Origin: Anaerolineae bacterium
GTDB lineage: Bacteria; Chloroflexota; Anaerolineae; S140-20
Length of the DNA: 64,000 bases
NCBI GenBank assembly: GCA_027021705.1
Contig: JALUTT010000048.1
Span: 64,001 to 128,000 of the forward strand
Direction of reading: 5' to 3'
The notes under the pieces were generated by a model, which saw nothing but the letters and a program-made list of their open reading frames with translations, was not told the DNA's origin and ran no database searches. Below, one piece after another: positions 39,352 through 49,144 of the stretch (position 1 is its first letter; every line of letters starts with the position of its first letter). A program made the position numbers and the translations under genes.

Positions 39352-39490
39352 CGCGTGTTTATGAAATTCTTATCTCTCCTCGACCGATGTTTATCCCTTT
39401 TTTGCCCGGAGGCGGTATGATAGAGGCAGGTCCTTTCTCCAGGCGCGCTTGTGAGCCGCCCCCTGGAATAGAGCAAAAGGAGGGAGAAGA

Positions 39491-40813
39491 ATGAAACGAG
39501 TCCGGCTTGCTCTCATCACGCTGGTCCTGGCGGCTTTGCTGGTCACTGCCTGCGGTGGTGGGGCTGCTGCGCCCACCAAGGCTCCGGAGCCGACCAAGCC
39601 TGCGGCCGAGCAGCCCACCAAGGCCCCTGCCGCCGAGACCAAGACCATCGTCCTGGGCTTCACCGCCTCCCAGACGGGCAAGTACACGAAGGAGTCTAAG
39701 GAGCAGGTTCAGGGCTTGCAGCTCTGGCTAGAGGAGGTGAATGCCGCCGGAGGCATCGAGCTGCCCGATGGGACGAAGGTCAAGATCGAGATCGTCTCCT
39801 ACGATGACGAGAGCACCAAGGAGCGCGTGCAGCAGCTTTACACCAAGCTCATCACCGAGGACAAGGCCGATCTCCTCATCAGCCCCTACTCCAGTGGCCT
39901 GACCGATGCTTCGGCCGTCATCGCGGAGCAGTACGAGAAGATCATGATCACCACGGGCGCTGCCTCCGACGCCACCTACGAGAAGGGGTATCAGCACATC
40001 TTCCAGGTCTACACACCGGCCAGCCGCTACCTGACCGGTGCGCTGGATGCCCTCAAGAAGTGGGACCCTAACGCCAAGAAGGTGGCCATTGTCTACGAGA
40101 AGACGAAGTTCGCCACCGCCGTGGCGACGGCGGCCAAGGAGTATGCGGAGGCCCAGGGCTTCGAGGTCGTTCTCTTCGAGGGCTACGAGAAGGACACGAC
40201 GGACTTCGGCCCTTTCATCAACAAGATTGAGGCGGCCAAGCCCGACGCCATCATCGGCGGTGGTCACTTCCAGGATGGCTCCACCTTCGCCAAGCAGCTC
40301 TATGAGAAGAAGACCGCCGTCAAGATGGTCGCGGTGCTGGTGGCTCCCGCCGTGCCAGAGTTCGCCGACCTGGGCGACGCGGCGGTGGGCATCGTCGGTC
40401 CCAGCCAGTGGGAGTCCCTGGCCAAGTACTCGCCGGAGGCGGCCAAGGCGGCCGGCCTGGAGTGGTATGGCCCCACCATTGACGACTTCGTCAGCGCCTA
40501 CAAGGGCAAGTACGGCTATGAGCCCGGCTACCACGCCGCTGGTGGCTACGCGGCCGGCCTGGTGCTCCAGAAGGCCATCGAGGACGCCGGCTCCCTCGAC
40601 ACGGCCGCCATCAAGAGCGCCCTGGAGAAGATGGACGTGATGATCTTCTTCGGCCGCATCAAGTTCGACACCGGGGATGCCCACGGCAAGCAGTTGGGCC
40701 ACGACATGGTCTACCTCCAGTGGCAGAAGGACGCTAGCGGCAACCTGGTGCGCCAGATCGTCTGGCCGGAGGCGGCCAAGACCGCTGAACCCATCTATCC
40801 GTTGGAGCGCTAA
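39491..40813 (+). CDS. Branched-chain amino acid ABC transporter substrate-binding lipoprotein
   Basis: Lipobox LVTAC; YDDES; LISPYSSG; heads a livHMGF-like operon. Confidence 0.9.
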   Translation: MKRVRLALITLVLAALLVTACGGGAAAPTKAPEPTKPAAEQPTKAPAAETKTIVLGFTASQTGKYTKESKEQVQGLQLWLEEVNAAGGIELPDGTKVKIEIVSYDDESTKERVQQLYTKLITEDKADLLISPYSSGLTDASAVIAEQYEKIMITTGAASDATYEKGYQHIFQVYTPASRYLTGALDALKKWDPNAKKVAIVYEKTKFATAVATAAKEYAEAQGFEVVLFEGYEKDTTDFGPFINKIEAAKPDAIIGGGHFQDGSTFAKQLYEKKTAVKMVAVLVAPAVPEFADLGDAAVGIVGPSQWESLAKYSPEAAKAAGLEWYGPTIDDFVSAYKGKYGYEPGYHAAGGYAAGLVLQKAIEDAGSLDTAAIKSALEKMDVMIFFGRIKFDTGDAHGKQLGHDMVYLQWQKDASGNLVRQIVWPEAAKTAEPIYPLER

Positions 40814-40824
40814 CCCAACCCCAA

Positions 40825-40858
40825 GGGCGGACCCCGACCGGTGTGCCGGGGTCCGCCC
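40825..40858 (+). other. Intercistronic stem-loop after the binding-protein gene
   Basis: gggcggacccc ... ggggtccgccc. Confidence 0.6.
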
Positions 40859-40946
40859 CTATCCCTTTGGTCTCTCGAAAAGACGGAGTCCCTGACCGCT
40901 TCCGTGAGTTCCCACAACGCTTTCCGCTCCCACTGAGGAGGTTCCT

Positions 40947-41810
40947 ATGCCCCCACCGGACGTGATCCTCGCCTCGGTTCTCGACGGTCTGCTGCTTGGC
41001 TTCGTCTACGGGCTGGCGGCGATGGGGCTCACCCTCATCTGGGGGGTGATGGAGGTGATCAACCTGGCCCACGGGCCGGTGATCACGCTGGGGATGTTTG
41101 GCCTCTTCTTCCTCTTCCAGGAGCTAGGGCTGCATCCTTACCTGGCCCTGCCGTTGGTCGTGGTGGGCGGCCTGTTGCTGGGGCTGCTCATCTACGGCGT
41201 CGCCGTTCATCGGGTCTTGGACGCCCCCCATCTCTCCACGCTGCTGGCTACCTTCTCCGTCAATATGATGATCATCGGGCTGGGTACGGCGGCCTTCACG
41301 ACGACGCCCCGCAACGTGGACTTCAGCCTGGGCGCAGTGGAGATCGGCCCCTTGCGGCTGCTGGGGACGCGGGTGGTGGCAGCTCTGGCTGCTGTTCTCT
41401 TCACCCTTGCCCTCTACGCCTTCCTCTACCGCACCCGGACTGGGAAGATGGTGCGGGCCGTGGCCAACAACCGGGCGGCGGCTGAGCTGATGGGCATTCC
41501 CTCTACCCGCATCCTTGCCCTGAGCTTCGGCATCGGCACGCTGCTGGCGACCGGAGCCGGGGGGCTCATCGCTACTCTCTTCCCTTTCAACATCTTCACC
41601 GGTGGCGTCTACGAACTGAAGAGCTTCGTCATCTGTGTCCTGGGCGGGCTGGGGAATCCCACCGGAGCCCTGTTGGGCGGCATCATCCTGGGCTTTATCG
41701 AGGGGTTCATCCCCCCCTTCCTGCCCGTCGGCTGGACGCCGGTGATCGAATTCGTCCTCTTCGTCGTCATCCTGCTGATCCGTCCCAGTGGCCTTCTAGG
41801 AGCACGCTGA
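40947..41810 (+). CDS. livH: Branched-chain amino acid ABC permease
   Basis: AMGLTLIWGVMEVINLAHG; RAVANNRAAAELMGI; VLGGLG. Confidence 0.88.
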   Translation: MPPPDVILASVLDGLLLGFVYGLAAMGLTLIWGVMEVINLAHGPVITLGMFGLFFLFQELGLHPYLALPLVVVGGLLLGLLIYGVAVHRVLDAPHLSTLLATFSVNMMIIGLGTAAFTTTPRNVDFSLGAVEIGPLRLLGTRVVAALAAVLFTLALYAFLYRTRTGKMVRAVANNRAAAELMGIPSTRILALSFGIGTLLATGAGGLIATLFPFNIFTGGVYELKSFVICVLGGLGNPTGALLGGIILGFIEGFIPPFLPVGWTPVIEFVLFVVILLIRPSGLLGAR

Positions 41811-41811
41811 G

Positions 41812-42780
41812 ATGAAGCGATTGAAGGCACCTGCCCTCTGGATTATTCTGGCTGCCGTCGCCGTGGCGGGCATCTGGCCGCTCCTCAACCGCTCGGCGAC
41901 GCTGCGCGAGGACATGTTCCTCATCCTGATGTTCGTCACCCTGGCCTCCAGCCTCAACATCCTGCTGGGCTACACCGGCTACGTCAACTTCGGCCACATC
42001 GTCTTCTTCGGACTGGGGGGCTACATCGGTTTCTACCTCATCTCCCAGCAAGGGTGGCACCTGATCCCAGCGGCGTTGGCCGCGGCTCTGGTCACGACGT
42101 TGCTGGCCGCGCTGGTGGGCGGGGCGGTGTTACGGCTGCGGGGTGCCTACTTCGCACTAGCCACCCTTGGAATCAACGAAGCCACCCGTGCTTTCGTCAC
42201 CAACTTCAAGCCCTTTGGCGAGGCCACCGGTCTTTCGCTCCACTTCTCCCGCTACCAGGAGTACGGGGGGCCGGCCAGTGCTCTCTGGTTCACCTACGCC
42301 CTGCTGGTCATCGTCACCCTCGTCACCCTGCTGGTCAGCTATCTGGTGAAAACCTCAAAGTTTGGCCTGGGGCTGATGGCCATCCGGGAGGACGAGGATG
42401 CGGCGATGGTCCTGGGCATCCACGCTCCTAGGGCGAAGACCATCGCCTTCGCGCTCTCGGCCTTCTTCCCCGCCATCGTCGGGACTCTCTTCTTCTTCAA
42501 GAACGGCAACATCGAGCCGGGCGACGCCTTCCGGTTGCACATGTCCATCGAGGGGATCGTGATGATTATGCTAGGCGGCTTCGGCACGGTGACCGGCCCG
42601 GTGATCGGCTCGGCCGTCTACGAACGGCTACGGGGCTACTTGCTGACCACCCCCCTCTTCAAGGACCTGCAACTCTTCTTCGCCGGGATGCTGCTTCTGA
42701 TCATCATCCTCTTCGTCCCCAGCGGGTTCATCGGGTGGCTGCGGGAGCGCTCCGCCCGCCTGCGGGAGGTGCTGCAATGA
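41812..42780 (+). CDS. livM: Branched-chain amino acid ABC permease
   Basis: GYTGYVNFGH; LRLRGAYFALATL; AIREDEDAA. Confidence 0.88.
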   Translation: MKRLKAPALWIILAAVAVAGIWPLLNRSATLREDMFLILMFVTLASSLNILLGYTGYVNFGHIVFFGLGGYIGFYLISQQGWHLIPAALAAALVTTLLAALVGGAVLRLRGAYFALATLGINEATRAFVTNFKPFGEATGLSLHFSRYQEYGGPASALWFTYALLVIVTLVTLLVSYLVKTSKFGLGLMAIREDEDAAMVLGIHAPRAKTIAFALSAFFPAIVGTLFFFKNGNIEPGDAFRLHMSIEGIVMIMLGGFGTVTGPVIGSAVYERLRGYLLTTPLFKDLQLFFAGMLLLIIILFVPSGFIGWLRERSARLREVLQ

Positions 42781-43571
42781 CCGACCAAGTGATCCTGCAG
42801 ATCGAAGAGGTGACCAAGCGCTTCGGCGGGCTGGTGGCCGTCAACCAGGTCTCTTTCGAGATCCGGCAAGGAGAGATTCTGGGACTGATCGGCCCCAACG
42901 GGGCTGGGAAGACAACCCTCTTCAACGTTATCAACGGCGTCTATGCGCCTGACGAGGGGCGGGTCATCTTCCGAGGTGAGGTGATCAGCGGCCTGCCCTC
43001 CTACGAGGTGGCGCGGAAGGGGATCGCCCGGGCCCACCAGGTAGTGCGTCCCCTCAACGAGCTGACGGTCCTGGAGAACGTGGTGGTCGGAGCGGCCTAC
43101 GGACGGCGCAACCTCCCGCTGGGTGAGGCGGCCCGGGTGGCCGACGAGGTGCTGGAATTCGTGGGGCTGGCCCCTAAGCGCCATCTGTTGGCCGGCAAGC
43201 TGAACGTAGCAGAGAAGAAGCGGTTGGAGATGGCCCGGGCCCTGGCCGCCCAGCCTTACCTGATCTTGCTGGACGAGGTGCTGGCCGGCCTGAACCCTGG
43301 GGAGGTCGCCGCAATGCTCGACGTCGTGCGCCAGATCCGCGAACGGGGGATCACCATCCTGATGATCGAGCACCTGATGCACGCGGTGATGAATGTCTCC
43401 GACCGCATCGTCGTCCTCGACTACGGGAGCAAGATCGCTATGGGCACGCCTCAAGAGGTAGCCAACGATCCCAAGGTCATCGAAGCTTACCTGGGCGATC
43501 CCAAGATGGCTCAGCACCTGCTAGAGGAGCAGGGAGAAAACGAGGAGGGAGGCGCTGATGGTCATTCTTGA
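42777..43571 (+). CDS. livG: ABC ATP-binding subunit
   Basis: GLIGPNGAGKTT; LLDEVLAGL; IEH; VIEAYLG. Confidence 0.9.
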   Translation: MTDQVILQIEEVTKRFGGLVAVNQVSFEIRQGEILGLIGPNGAGKTTLFNVINGVYAPDEGRVIFRGEVISGLPSYEVARKGIARAHQVVRPLNELTVLENVVVGAAYGRRNLPLGEAARVADEVLEFVGLAPKRHLLAGKLNVAEKKRLEMARALAAQPYLILLDEVLAGLNPGEVAAMLDVVRQIRERGITILMIEHLMHAVMNVSDRIVVLDYGSKIAMGTPQEVANDPKVIEAYLGDPKMAQHLLEEQGENEEGGADGHS

Positions 43572-44268
43572 GGTCGAGAACCTGGCTTCCGGCTATGGGG
43601 AAGTGCAGATCCTGTGGGGGGTCTCCCTGCAGCTGCAGCCGGGACAGCTCACCACGCTGGTAGGCTCCAACGGTGCGGGGAAGACGACGCTGCTGCGGAC
43701 GGTGATGCGCCTGATCAGGCCCTGGGGGGGGCGGGTCCTCTTCGACGGGCGAGATGTCACCAACCTGCCTCCCCACGCTAAGGCGGAGATGGGGCTGGTC
43801 CTGATCCCGGAGGGCCGGCAGCTCTTCACCGAGATGACGGTGGAAGAGAACTTGGAGATGGGGGCGATCCCCTCGCGGGCCCGGATTCACTTTCAGCGTA
43901 ACCTGGAGTGGGTCTACGAACTCTTCCCTCGCCTCAAGGAGCGGCGGACCCAGAAGGCCGGTACCCTCTCCGGCGGTGAGCAGCAGATGCTGGCCATCGC
44001 CCGAGGACTTATGGCCGACCCGGTGGTGCTGATGCTCGACGAACCCTCCTTGGGATTGGCCCCTCTCCTGGTGATCAACCTCTTTGACGTGATCCGTCGC
44101 CTTAAGGAGGAAGGGCTGACGATGCTCCTGGTAGAGCAGAACGTCCACCTGGCGCTGGCGATAAGCGACTATGCCTACGTTCTCAGCGAGGGCCGGATCG
44201 AGATCGAGGGGGAGGCAGCCACGGTGCGCCAGATGGACCAGGTACGCCGGGCCTACCTGGGTCTGTGA
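43558..44268 (+). CDS. livF: ABC ATP-binding subunit
   Basis: GSNGAGKTT; LSGGEQQMLAIAR; LDEPSLGLAP; VEQN. Confidence 0.92.
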   Translation: MVILEVENLASGYGEVQILWGVSLQLQPGQLTTLVGSNGAGKTTLLRTVMRLIRPWGGRVLFDGRDVTNLPPHAKAEMGLVLIPEGRQLFTEMTVEENLEMGAIPSRARIHFQRNLEWVYELFPRLKERRTQKAGTLSGGEQQMLAIARGLMADPVVLMLDEPSLGLAPLLVINLFDVIRRLKEEGLTMLLVEQNVHLALAISDYAYVLSEGRIEIEGEAATVRQMDQVRRAYLGL

Positions 44269-44316
44269 GGCTCTACCTGAGGGCAGGGCTTTTCAGCGCT
44301 CTAACCCTTTGGGGGA

Positions 44317-44412
44317 ACCCTCCCGCAGGTCCTCCCCACGGTCTGAAGTGCGTCATGGGCCGCCTCTGGCAAGCTATGGCGATGCCGGGCACCGCGGGAC
44401 CTGCGGGAGGGT
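44317..44412. mobile_element. MITE/REP-like element, subfamily B
   Basis: TIRs accctcccgcaggt / acctgcgggagggt; direct copy at 45224-45317. Confidence 0.7.
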
Positions 44413-44492
44413 AACGTTTGACATTGAAAAGCCCTAACCTGAGGGATAGGAGGGTTGCAGATCAGCGTGGGCGACCGCTCGGTCGTCCACGT

Positions 44493-45179
44493 TTATGCTT
44501 CAAACTGGTAGCCGATCCCCTGCTCTGTCCAGATGTGGCGGTGGGACTCGTCTTCCTCCAGCTTGCGACGCAGCCGGCCGATGTAGACCCGCAAGTACTC
44601 AATCGCATCTTCGTACTCCGGCCCCCATACCTCCCGCAGCAGCCAGCGGTGGGGCAGCACCCGGCCCGGATGGCGCACCAGGGCCAGCAGCAGGTTGAAC
44701 TCCGTTGGCGTCAGGTCCAGCCGCTCCCCCCGGTGGAAGGCCAGGTGCTGCTCTGGGTCTACCTCCACGTCACCCACCCGAATGGTCCCCATCCCCGGCG
44801 GGCTCTCCACCCACCGCGTCCGTCGCAGGACGGCGCGCACCCGGGCGATCAGTTCCCCCACGCTGAAAGGCTTGGTCAGGTAGTCATCGGCCCCCTGTTC
44901 CAAGACCGTGATCTTGTCCCCTTCTTCATCCAGTGCCGTGAGCACGATGATGGGGATGGTGGAGCGGCGGCGCACACGCCGTAGTACCTCGAAACCATCC
45001 ATCCGGGGCATCAGCAGGTCCAGGACGATGAGATCGAGGGGCTCCGTCTCGAAGAGCCGGAGAGCCTCCAGACCATCGGCGGCCTCCAGGACCCGATAGC
45101 CCCGGGCGACCAGGTTGCGGCGCATAAAGTGGCGCAGCGTCTGCTCATCGTCCACGACCAGCACCGTCGCTTGTTGCAT
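44493..45179 (-). CDS. OmpR-family (KdpE-like) response regulator, no adjacent kinase
   Basis: LVVDDE; LDLLMP; GADDYLTKPF; LTPTEF; EVWG; LRVYIGRLRRKLE. Confidence 0.9.
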   Translation of the reverse strand: MQQATVLVVDDEQTLRHFMRRNLVARGYRVLEAADGLEALRLFETEPLDLIVLDLLMPRMDGFEVLRRVRRRSTIPIIVLTALDEEGDKITVLEQGADDYLTKPFSVGELIARVRAVLRRTRWVESPPGMGTIRVGDVEVDPEQHLAFHRGERLDLTPTEFNLLLALVRHPGRVLPHRWLLREVWGPEYEDAIEYLRVYIGRLRRKLEEDESHRHIWTEQGIGYQFEA

Positions 45180-45223
45180 CGCCTTTTGTCCTCCCGGTAG
45201 AGCTATGCTATAATCCAGGGGCT

Positions 45224-45317
45224 CTCCCGCAGGTCCTCCCCACGGCCTGAAGCGCGTCATAGGCAGCCTCTGATAAGCTATGGCCGTCGCCGGGCACCGC
45301 GGGACCTGCGGGAGGGT
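45224..45317. mobile_element. MITE/REP-like element, subfamily B
   Basis: ctcccgcaggt...acctgcgggagggt with an interior similar to 44317-44412. Confidence 0.7.
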
Positions 45318-45490
45318 TGGGGCCTATAGGATACCCCATTCATCCCGTCTTGTCCAGTTCGCCCTTGGCCGCTGGGTCACGGGTCCGGCGGGGAGGGGTC
45401 TCGCTGGTGGGGGGCGAGCCTGGGACCCGCCTGGCCTATGAGGCCGGTTCGCCCCCGGTTGCCAGGACAGCATATCACGGAGGGGAGACG

Positions 45491-46837
45491 ATGCTTATCA
45501 CCCACGGCAGGCTGATCACCTTTGGGGAGACGAACGAGATCATCGAGGACGGCGCTCTCTACATCGAGGGAGACCGGATCGCCGACATTGGCCCTACGCG
45601 GGCGTTGAAAGCCCGCTATCCCGAGGCCGAGGAGCTGAACGCCGACGGTCAGTTGGTGATGCCCGGCCTTATCTGTGCCCACACCCATTTCTACGGGGCC
45701 TTCGCCCGGGGGATGGCCCTTGTTGGCGAGCCTCCTCGCACCTTCCCGGAGATCCTGGGCCGGCTCTGGTGGCCTCTGGACCGCTCGTTGCGGGACCTGG
45801 ATGTCCGCTACAGCACCCTCGTCTGCTTGGCCGACGCCATTCGCCACGGCACGACGACGTTGATAGACCACCACGCCAGCCCCTACGCCGTCCACGGGGC
45901 GTTGGATCAGATCGCCGACGCCGTGGAGGAGGCCGGGGTGCGGGCTTGCCTCTGCTACGAGGTGAGCGACCGGGATGGGCCGGATCGGGCCCAGGAGGGC
46001 ATTGACGAGAACGTCCGCTTCATCCGGCGGGTGCAGCAGGGGGAGGCGTCGCCGCTGCTGGCGGCCACCTTTGGGCTGCACGCTTCCCTCACCCTCTCCG
46101 ACGAGACGCTGGCCGAGTGCGCAGCGGCCGGCGCCGAGTTGGGCGTCGGCTTCCACATCCACGTGGCCGAGGACCTAGCCGACCAGGAGGACAGCCTGCG
46201 CAAGAGCGGCAAACGGGTTGTCGAGCGCCTCCAGGCGGCGGGCATCCTGGGGCCTCAGACCGTCGCCGCCCACGCCGTCCACGTGGACGCATGGGAGATG
46301 GCGATCCTGCGGGAGACGGGCACCTGGGTCAGCCACCAGCCCCGCTCCAATATGAACAACGGGGTGGGGGTGGCCGACGTGCCCACGATGCTGCGCGGTG
46401 GGGTTCGCGTCGTGCTGGGCAACGATGGCTTCTCCAACAATATGTTCACGGAGATGAAGACGGCCTACCTGGTGCACAAGCTGCACCGGCGTGACCCCCG
46501 GGTGATGCCGGCCGATCAGGTGCTGGAGGTGGCGGTGGCGAACAACGCCCGGTTGGCCCGGCTCTTCTGGCCGGCTGCCCCTCTGGGAGAGCTCTCCGTT
46601 GGGGCCTACGCCGACGTCATCTTCGTGGACTACCATCCTTACACGCCCCTGACGCCGGGAAACCTTCCCTGGCACATCATCTTCGGCGTGGATGGCTCCC
46701 ACGTGACGACGACCATCGTCGGAGGACAGGTGTTGATGCGGGATCGGGAGCTGTTGACCCTGGACGAGGCGGCCATCGCTGCCCGGGCGCGGGAACTGGC
46801 CCCGGCAGTCTGGGAGCGGTATCGGCAGCAGTTCTGA
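45491..46837 (+). CDS. ssnA: SsnA-like amidohydrolase
   Basis: MPGLICAHTHFY; GTTTLIDHHAS; CYEVSDRDG; FGLHAS; HIHVAED; PRSNMNNGVG. Confidence 0.85.
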   Translation: MLITHGRLITFGETNEIIEDGALYIEGDRIADIGPTRALKARYPEAEELNADGQLVMPGLICAHTHFYGAFARGMALVGEPPRTFPEILGRLWWPLDRSLRDLDVRYSTLVCLADAIRHGTTTLIDHHASPYAVHGALDQIADAVEEAGVRACLCYEVSDRDGPDRAQEGIDENVRFIRRVQQGEASPLLAATFGLHASLTLSDETLAECAAAGAELGVGFHIHVAEDLADQEDSLRKSGKRVVERLQAAGILGPQTVAAHAVHVDAWEMAILRETGTWVSHQPRSNMNNGVGVADVPTMLRGGVRVVLGNDGFSNNMFTEMKTAYLVHKLHRRDPRVMPADQVLEVAVANNARLARLFWPAAPLGELSVGAYADVIFVDYHPYTPLTPGNLPWHIIFGVDGSHVTTTIVGGQVLMRDRELLTLDEAAIAARARELAPAVWERYRQQF

Positions 46838-46872
46838 CGGCTAGGTGGGCCGGCCTAGGAGGATTGGCCCGT

Positions 46873-46901
46873 TTGTCCCAGGCTCCCTTGTGAGGTATAA
46901 T
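46873..46901 (+). promoter_or_regulatory. Sigma70-type promoter
   Basis: TTGTCC (46873), 17 bp, TATAAT (46896-46901). Confidence 0.6.
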
Positions 46902-46971
46902 CCGGGAACGGAAAGGTCGCCGCTCTGAGAAAGGGGGCGGCAACGCTCGTAGCGCGATTGAGGAGTTACCA

Positions 46972-48288
46972 ATGCCTCTGGAAACCATCCCTCTACCGCC
47001 TTCGTTGAAGGAGCGTCTAGGGGAAGAGGTCGCTCAGGAGTTGGCTCAATGGCTGACCGCGATGTGGGAGGCGCAGAGTGAGCGGCGGTGGCGCTCCTTG
47101 GAGGAAGGCCAGGATCAGTTGAAAGCTGCCTTGGTCGCTCTCGCAGAGGCTCAGCGCCGGACCGAAGCCGGATTACAGCGATTAGAGGTGGCTGTTGAGC
47201 AGCTGGCGGAGGCGCAGCACCGGACGGAAGGGCGGCTGGACCGGCTGGGGCAGGTTGTTGCTGAGCTGGCGGAGGCCCAACGCCGGACCGAGGCGCGGCT
47301 GGAGGAGCTGGCCAAAGCCCAGCAGCGGACGGAAGCGCGGCTGGACCGGCTGGAGCAGGTAGTCGCTGAGCTGGCCGAGGCCCAACGCCGGACGGAAGGG
47401 CGGCTGGACCGGCTGGAGCAGGTAGTCGCTGAGTTGGCAGAGGCCCAGCGCCGGACCGAGGCGCGGTTGGAGGAGCTGGCCAAAGCCCAGCAGCGGACGG
47501 AAGGGCGGCTGGACCGGCTGGAGCAGGTAGTCGCTGAGCTGGCCGAGGCCCAACGCCGGACGGAAGGGCGGCTGGACCGGCTGGAGCAGGTAGTTGCTGA
47601 GTTGGCAGAGGCCCAGCGCCGGACCGAGGCGCGGCTGGAGGAGCTGGCCAAAGCCCAGCAGCGGACGGAAGCGCGGCTGGACCGGCTGGAGGACGCTCTT
47701 GAGCGGCTGGCGGAGGCTCAGCAGCGGACGGAAGAGGAGATCCAGAAGCTGGCCGGAGTCCAGAGCGATATGCAGGCCACCATAGCAGCGATCAAAGGGA
47801 GCTTGCTGGAAATGGTCTACCGCGAGCGGGCGGGAACCTATCTTGGCCCCTTCCTCCGGCGTGTCCAGGTCTTCGCTCCATACAAGCTCGAGGACGAGGT
47901 AGGGCCGCATCTCACCTGGGAGGAGTTCCGCGAGTTCCTGCGGCTCGACTGGGTGGTGAAGGGACGACCCCGGTGGGTGAAAGAAGCCCCCTGGGTCTGG
48001 TTGGCGATGGAAGTCTCCGCCGTGGTGGACCGCCACGATGTGGAGCGGGCGTTGAAGCGGGTCGCCCTCCTGCGGAAAGCCGGGCTGCTGGCGATGCCGG
48101 CCGTCGCCGGAGAGGAGGCGACGAAAGGGGCCGTGGACATGGCCGAGGACGAAGGGGTGGTCGTGGTTGTGGACGGCTGGGCTCGCTTCTGGGAAAAGGC
48201 CTGGGAGCAGGCTCAAAAGGAAGCGTCGAAGTCCGCGAAGGAGCGGGCCGACGGAGGGGATGTCGGGCCGGAAGGCGCAGACGGTTGA
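46972..48288 (+). CDS. Tandem-repeat coiled-coil protein with C-terminal restriction-endonuclease-like domain
   Basis: AQRRTE..L repeats, then LDWVVKG..LAMEVS..DVERA..AVAG, a DUF3782/DUF1626-like architecture. Confidence 0.65.
   Translation: MPLETIPLPPSLKERLGEEVAQELAQWLTAMWEAQSERRWRSLEEGQDQLKAALVALAEAQRRTEAGLQRLEVAVEQLAEAQHRTEGRLDRLGQVVAELAEAQRRTEARLEELAKAQQRTEARLDRLEQVVAELAEAQRRTEGRLDRLEQVVAELAEAQRRTEARLEELAKAQQRTEGRLDRLEQVVAELAEAQRRTEGRLDRLEQVVAELAEAQRRTEARLEELAKAQQRTEARLDRLEDALERLAEAQQRTEEEIQKLAGVQSDMQATIAAIKGSLLEMVYRERAGTYLGPFLRRVQVFAPYKLEDEVGPHLTWEEFREFLRLDWVVKGRPRWVKEAPWVWLAMEVSAVVDRHDVERALKRVALLRKAGLLAMPAVAGEEATKGAVDMAEDEGVVVVVDGWARFWEKAWEQAQKEASKSAKERADGGDVGPEGADG
47149..47730 (+). 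repeat. Coding tandem repeat of 63-bp and 42-bp units
   Basis: 21-aa and 14-aa units arranged as (21,21,14)x3 plus one 21. Confidence 0.9.
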
Positions 48289-48412
48289 GCGTCCTGGCGT
48301 GGCCGATCCCGCTTCTGGGGGATAAGAGGCTGCCCCCGGCGGTGCAAGGGCTGTCGGCACCACCGGGGGCGTTTGCTCCAGCTATTTCTCCAACGTCAAC
48401 CAGGGAGGAACC

Positions 48413-49129
48413 GTGACACCGAACCGAAGCCATCCACTACAGCACTCCGACGGACGTCGTTACACCATCGCCGTCCTGGGGGGGACGGGCAAGGAAGGGC
48501 CGGGGCTGGCCCTGCGTTGGGCAAAGGCCGGCTACCCTGTCATCGTCGGCTCCCGCCAGCAGGCGAAGGCGGAACGGGTGGCCGCTGCGCTGAACGAGCG
48601 GCTGGACACCGGCTCCCCTTCCAATGGACAGCCGGTGCGGGGGATGGTGAACGCCGAGGCCGCCCGCCAGGCCGACGTCGTGGTCCTGACGGTGCCCTAC
48701 GCGGCTCACCGCCCCCTGCTGGAGAGCCTGCGCGGTCTCCTGCAGGGCAAGGTCGTCGTGGACGTCACCGTTCCCCTCCGCCCCCCTCAGGTGGACCGTG
48801 TGCACCTGCCCGAGGGGGGCAGCGCCACCGCCGAGGCTCAAGCTATCCTGGGCGACGGCGTGCGGGTGGTGGCTGCTTTCCAGAACATCAGTGCGGCTCA
48901 TCTGAAGGACCCAGACCATCCCATTGACTGTGACGTGCTGGTCTGCGGGGATGACGACGAGGCCCGGCAGATCGCCATCGCCCTGGCCGAGGCCGCAGGG
49001 ATGCGCGGCCTCGACGCCGGCCCCCTCGCCAATGCCGTAGCCATCGAGAGCTTGACACCGGTGCTCATCTACATCAACAAACGGTACAAGGTCCGAGGGG
49101 CAGGCATCCGCATCACAGGAATCGGGTGA
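48413..49129 (+). CDS. npdG: NADPH-dependent F420 reductase
   Basis: GGTGKEGPGLALRW; GSR; LTVPY; VVAAFQNISA; ESLTPVLIYINKRY. Confidence 0.9.
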   Translation: MTPNRSHPLQHSDGRRYTIAVLGGTGKEGPGLALRWAKAGYPVIVGSRQQAKAERVAAALNERLDTGSPSNGQPVRGMVNAEAARQADVVVLTVPYAAHRPLLESLRGLLQGKVVVDVTVPLRPPQVDRVHLPEGGSATAEAQAILGDGVRVVAAFQNISAAHLKDPDHPIDCDVLVCGDDDEARQIAIALAEAAGMRGLDAGPLANAVAIESLTPVLIYINKRYKVRGAGIRITGIG

Positions 49130-49144
49130 CAGGGCAGCCGGGCT

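Noticed and set aside
45330..45480. Riboswitch upstream of ssnA
   Set aside because: GC-rich stems are possible but no known aptamer consensus was recognised; needs an Rfam scan.
47149..47730. Possible CRISPR or non-coding repeat
   Set aside because: In-frame coding coiled-coil repeat with no spacers.
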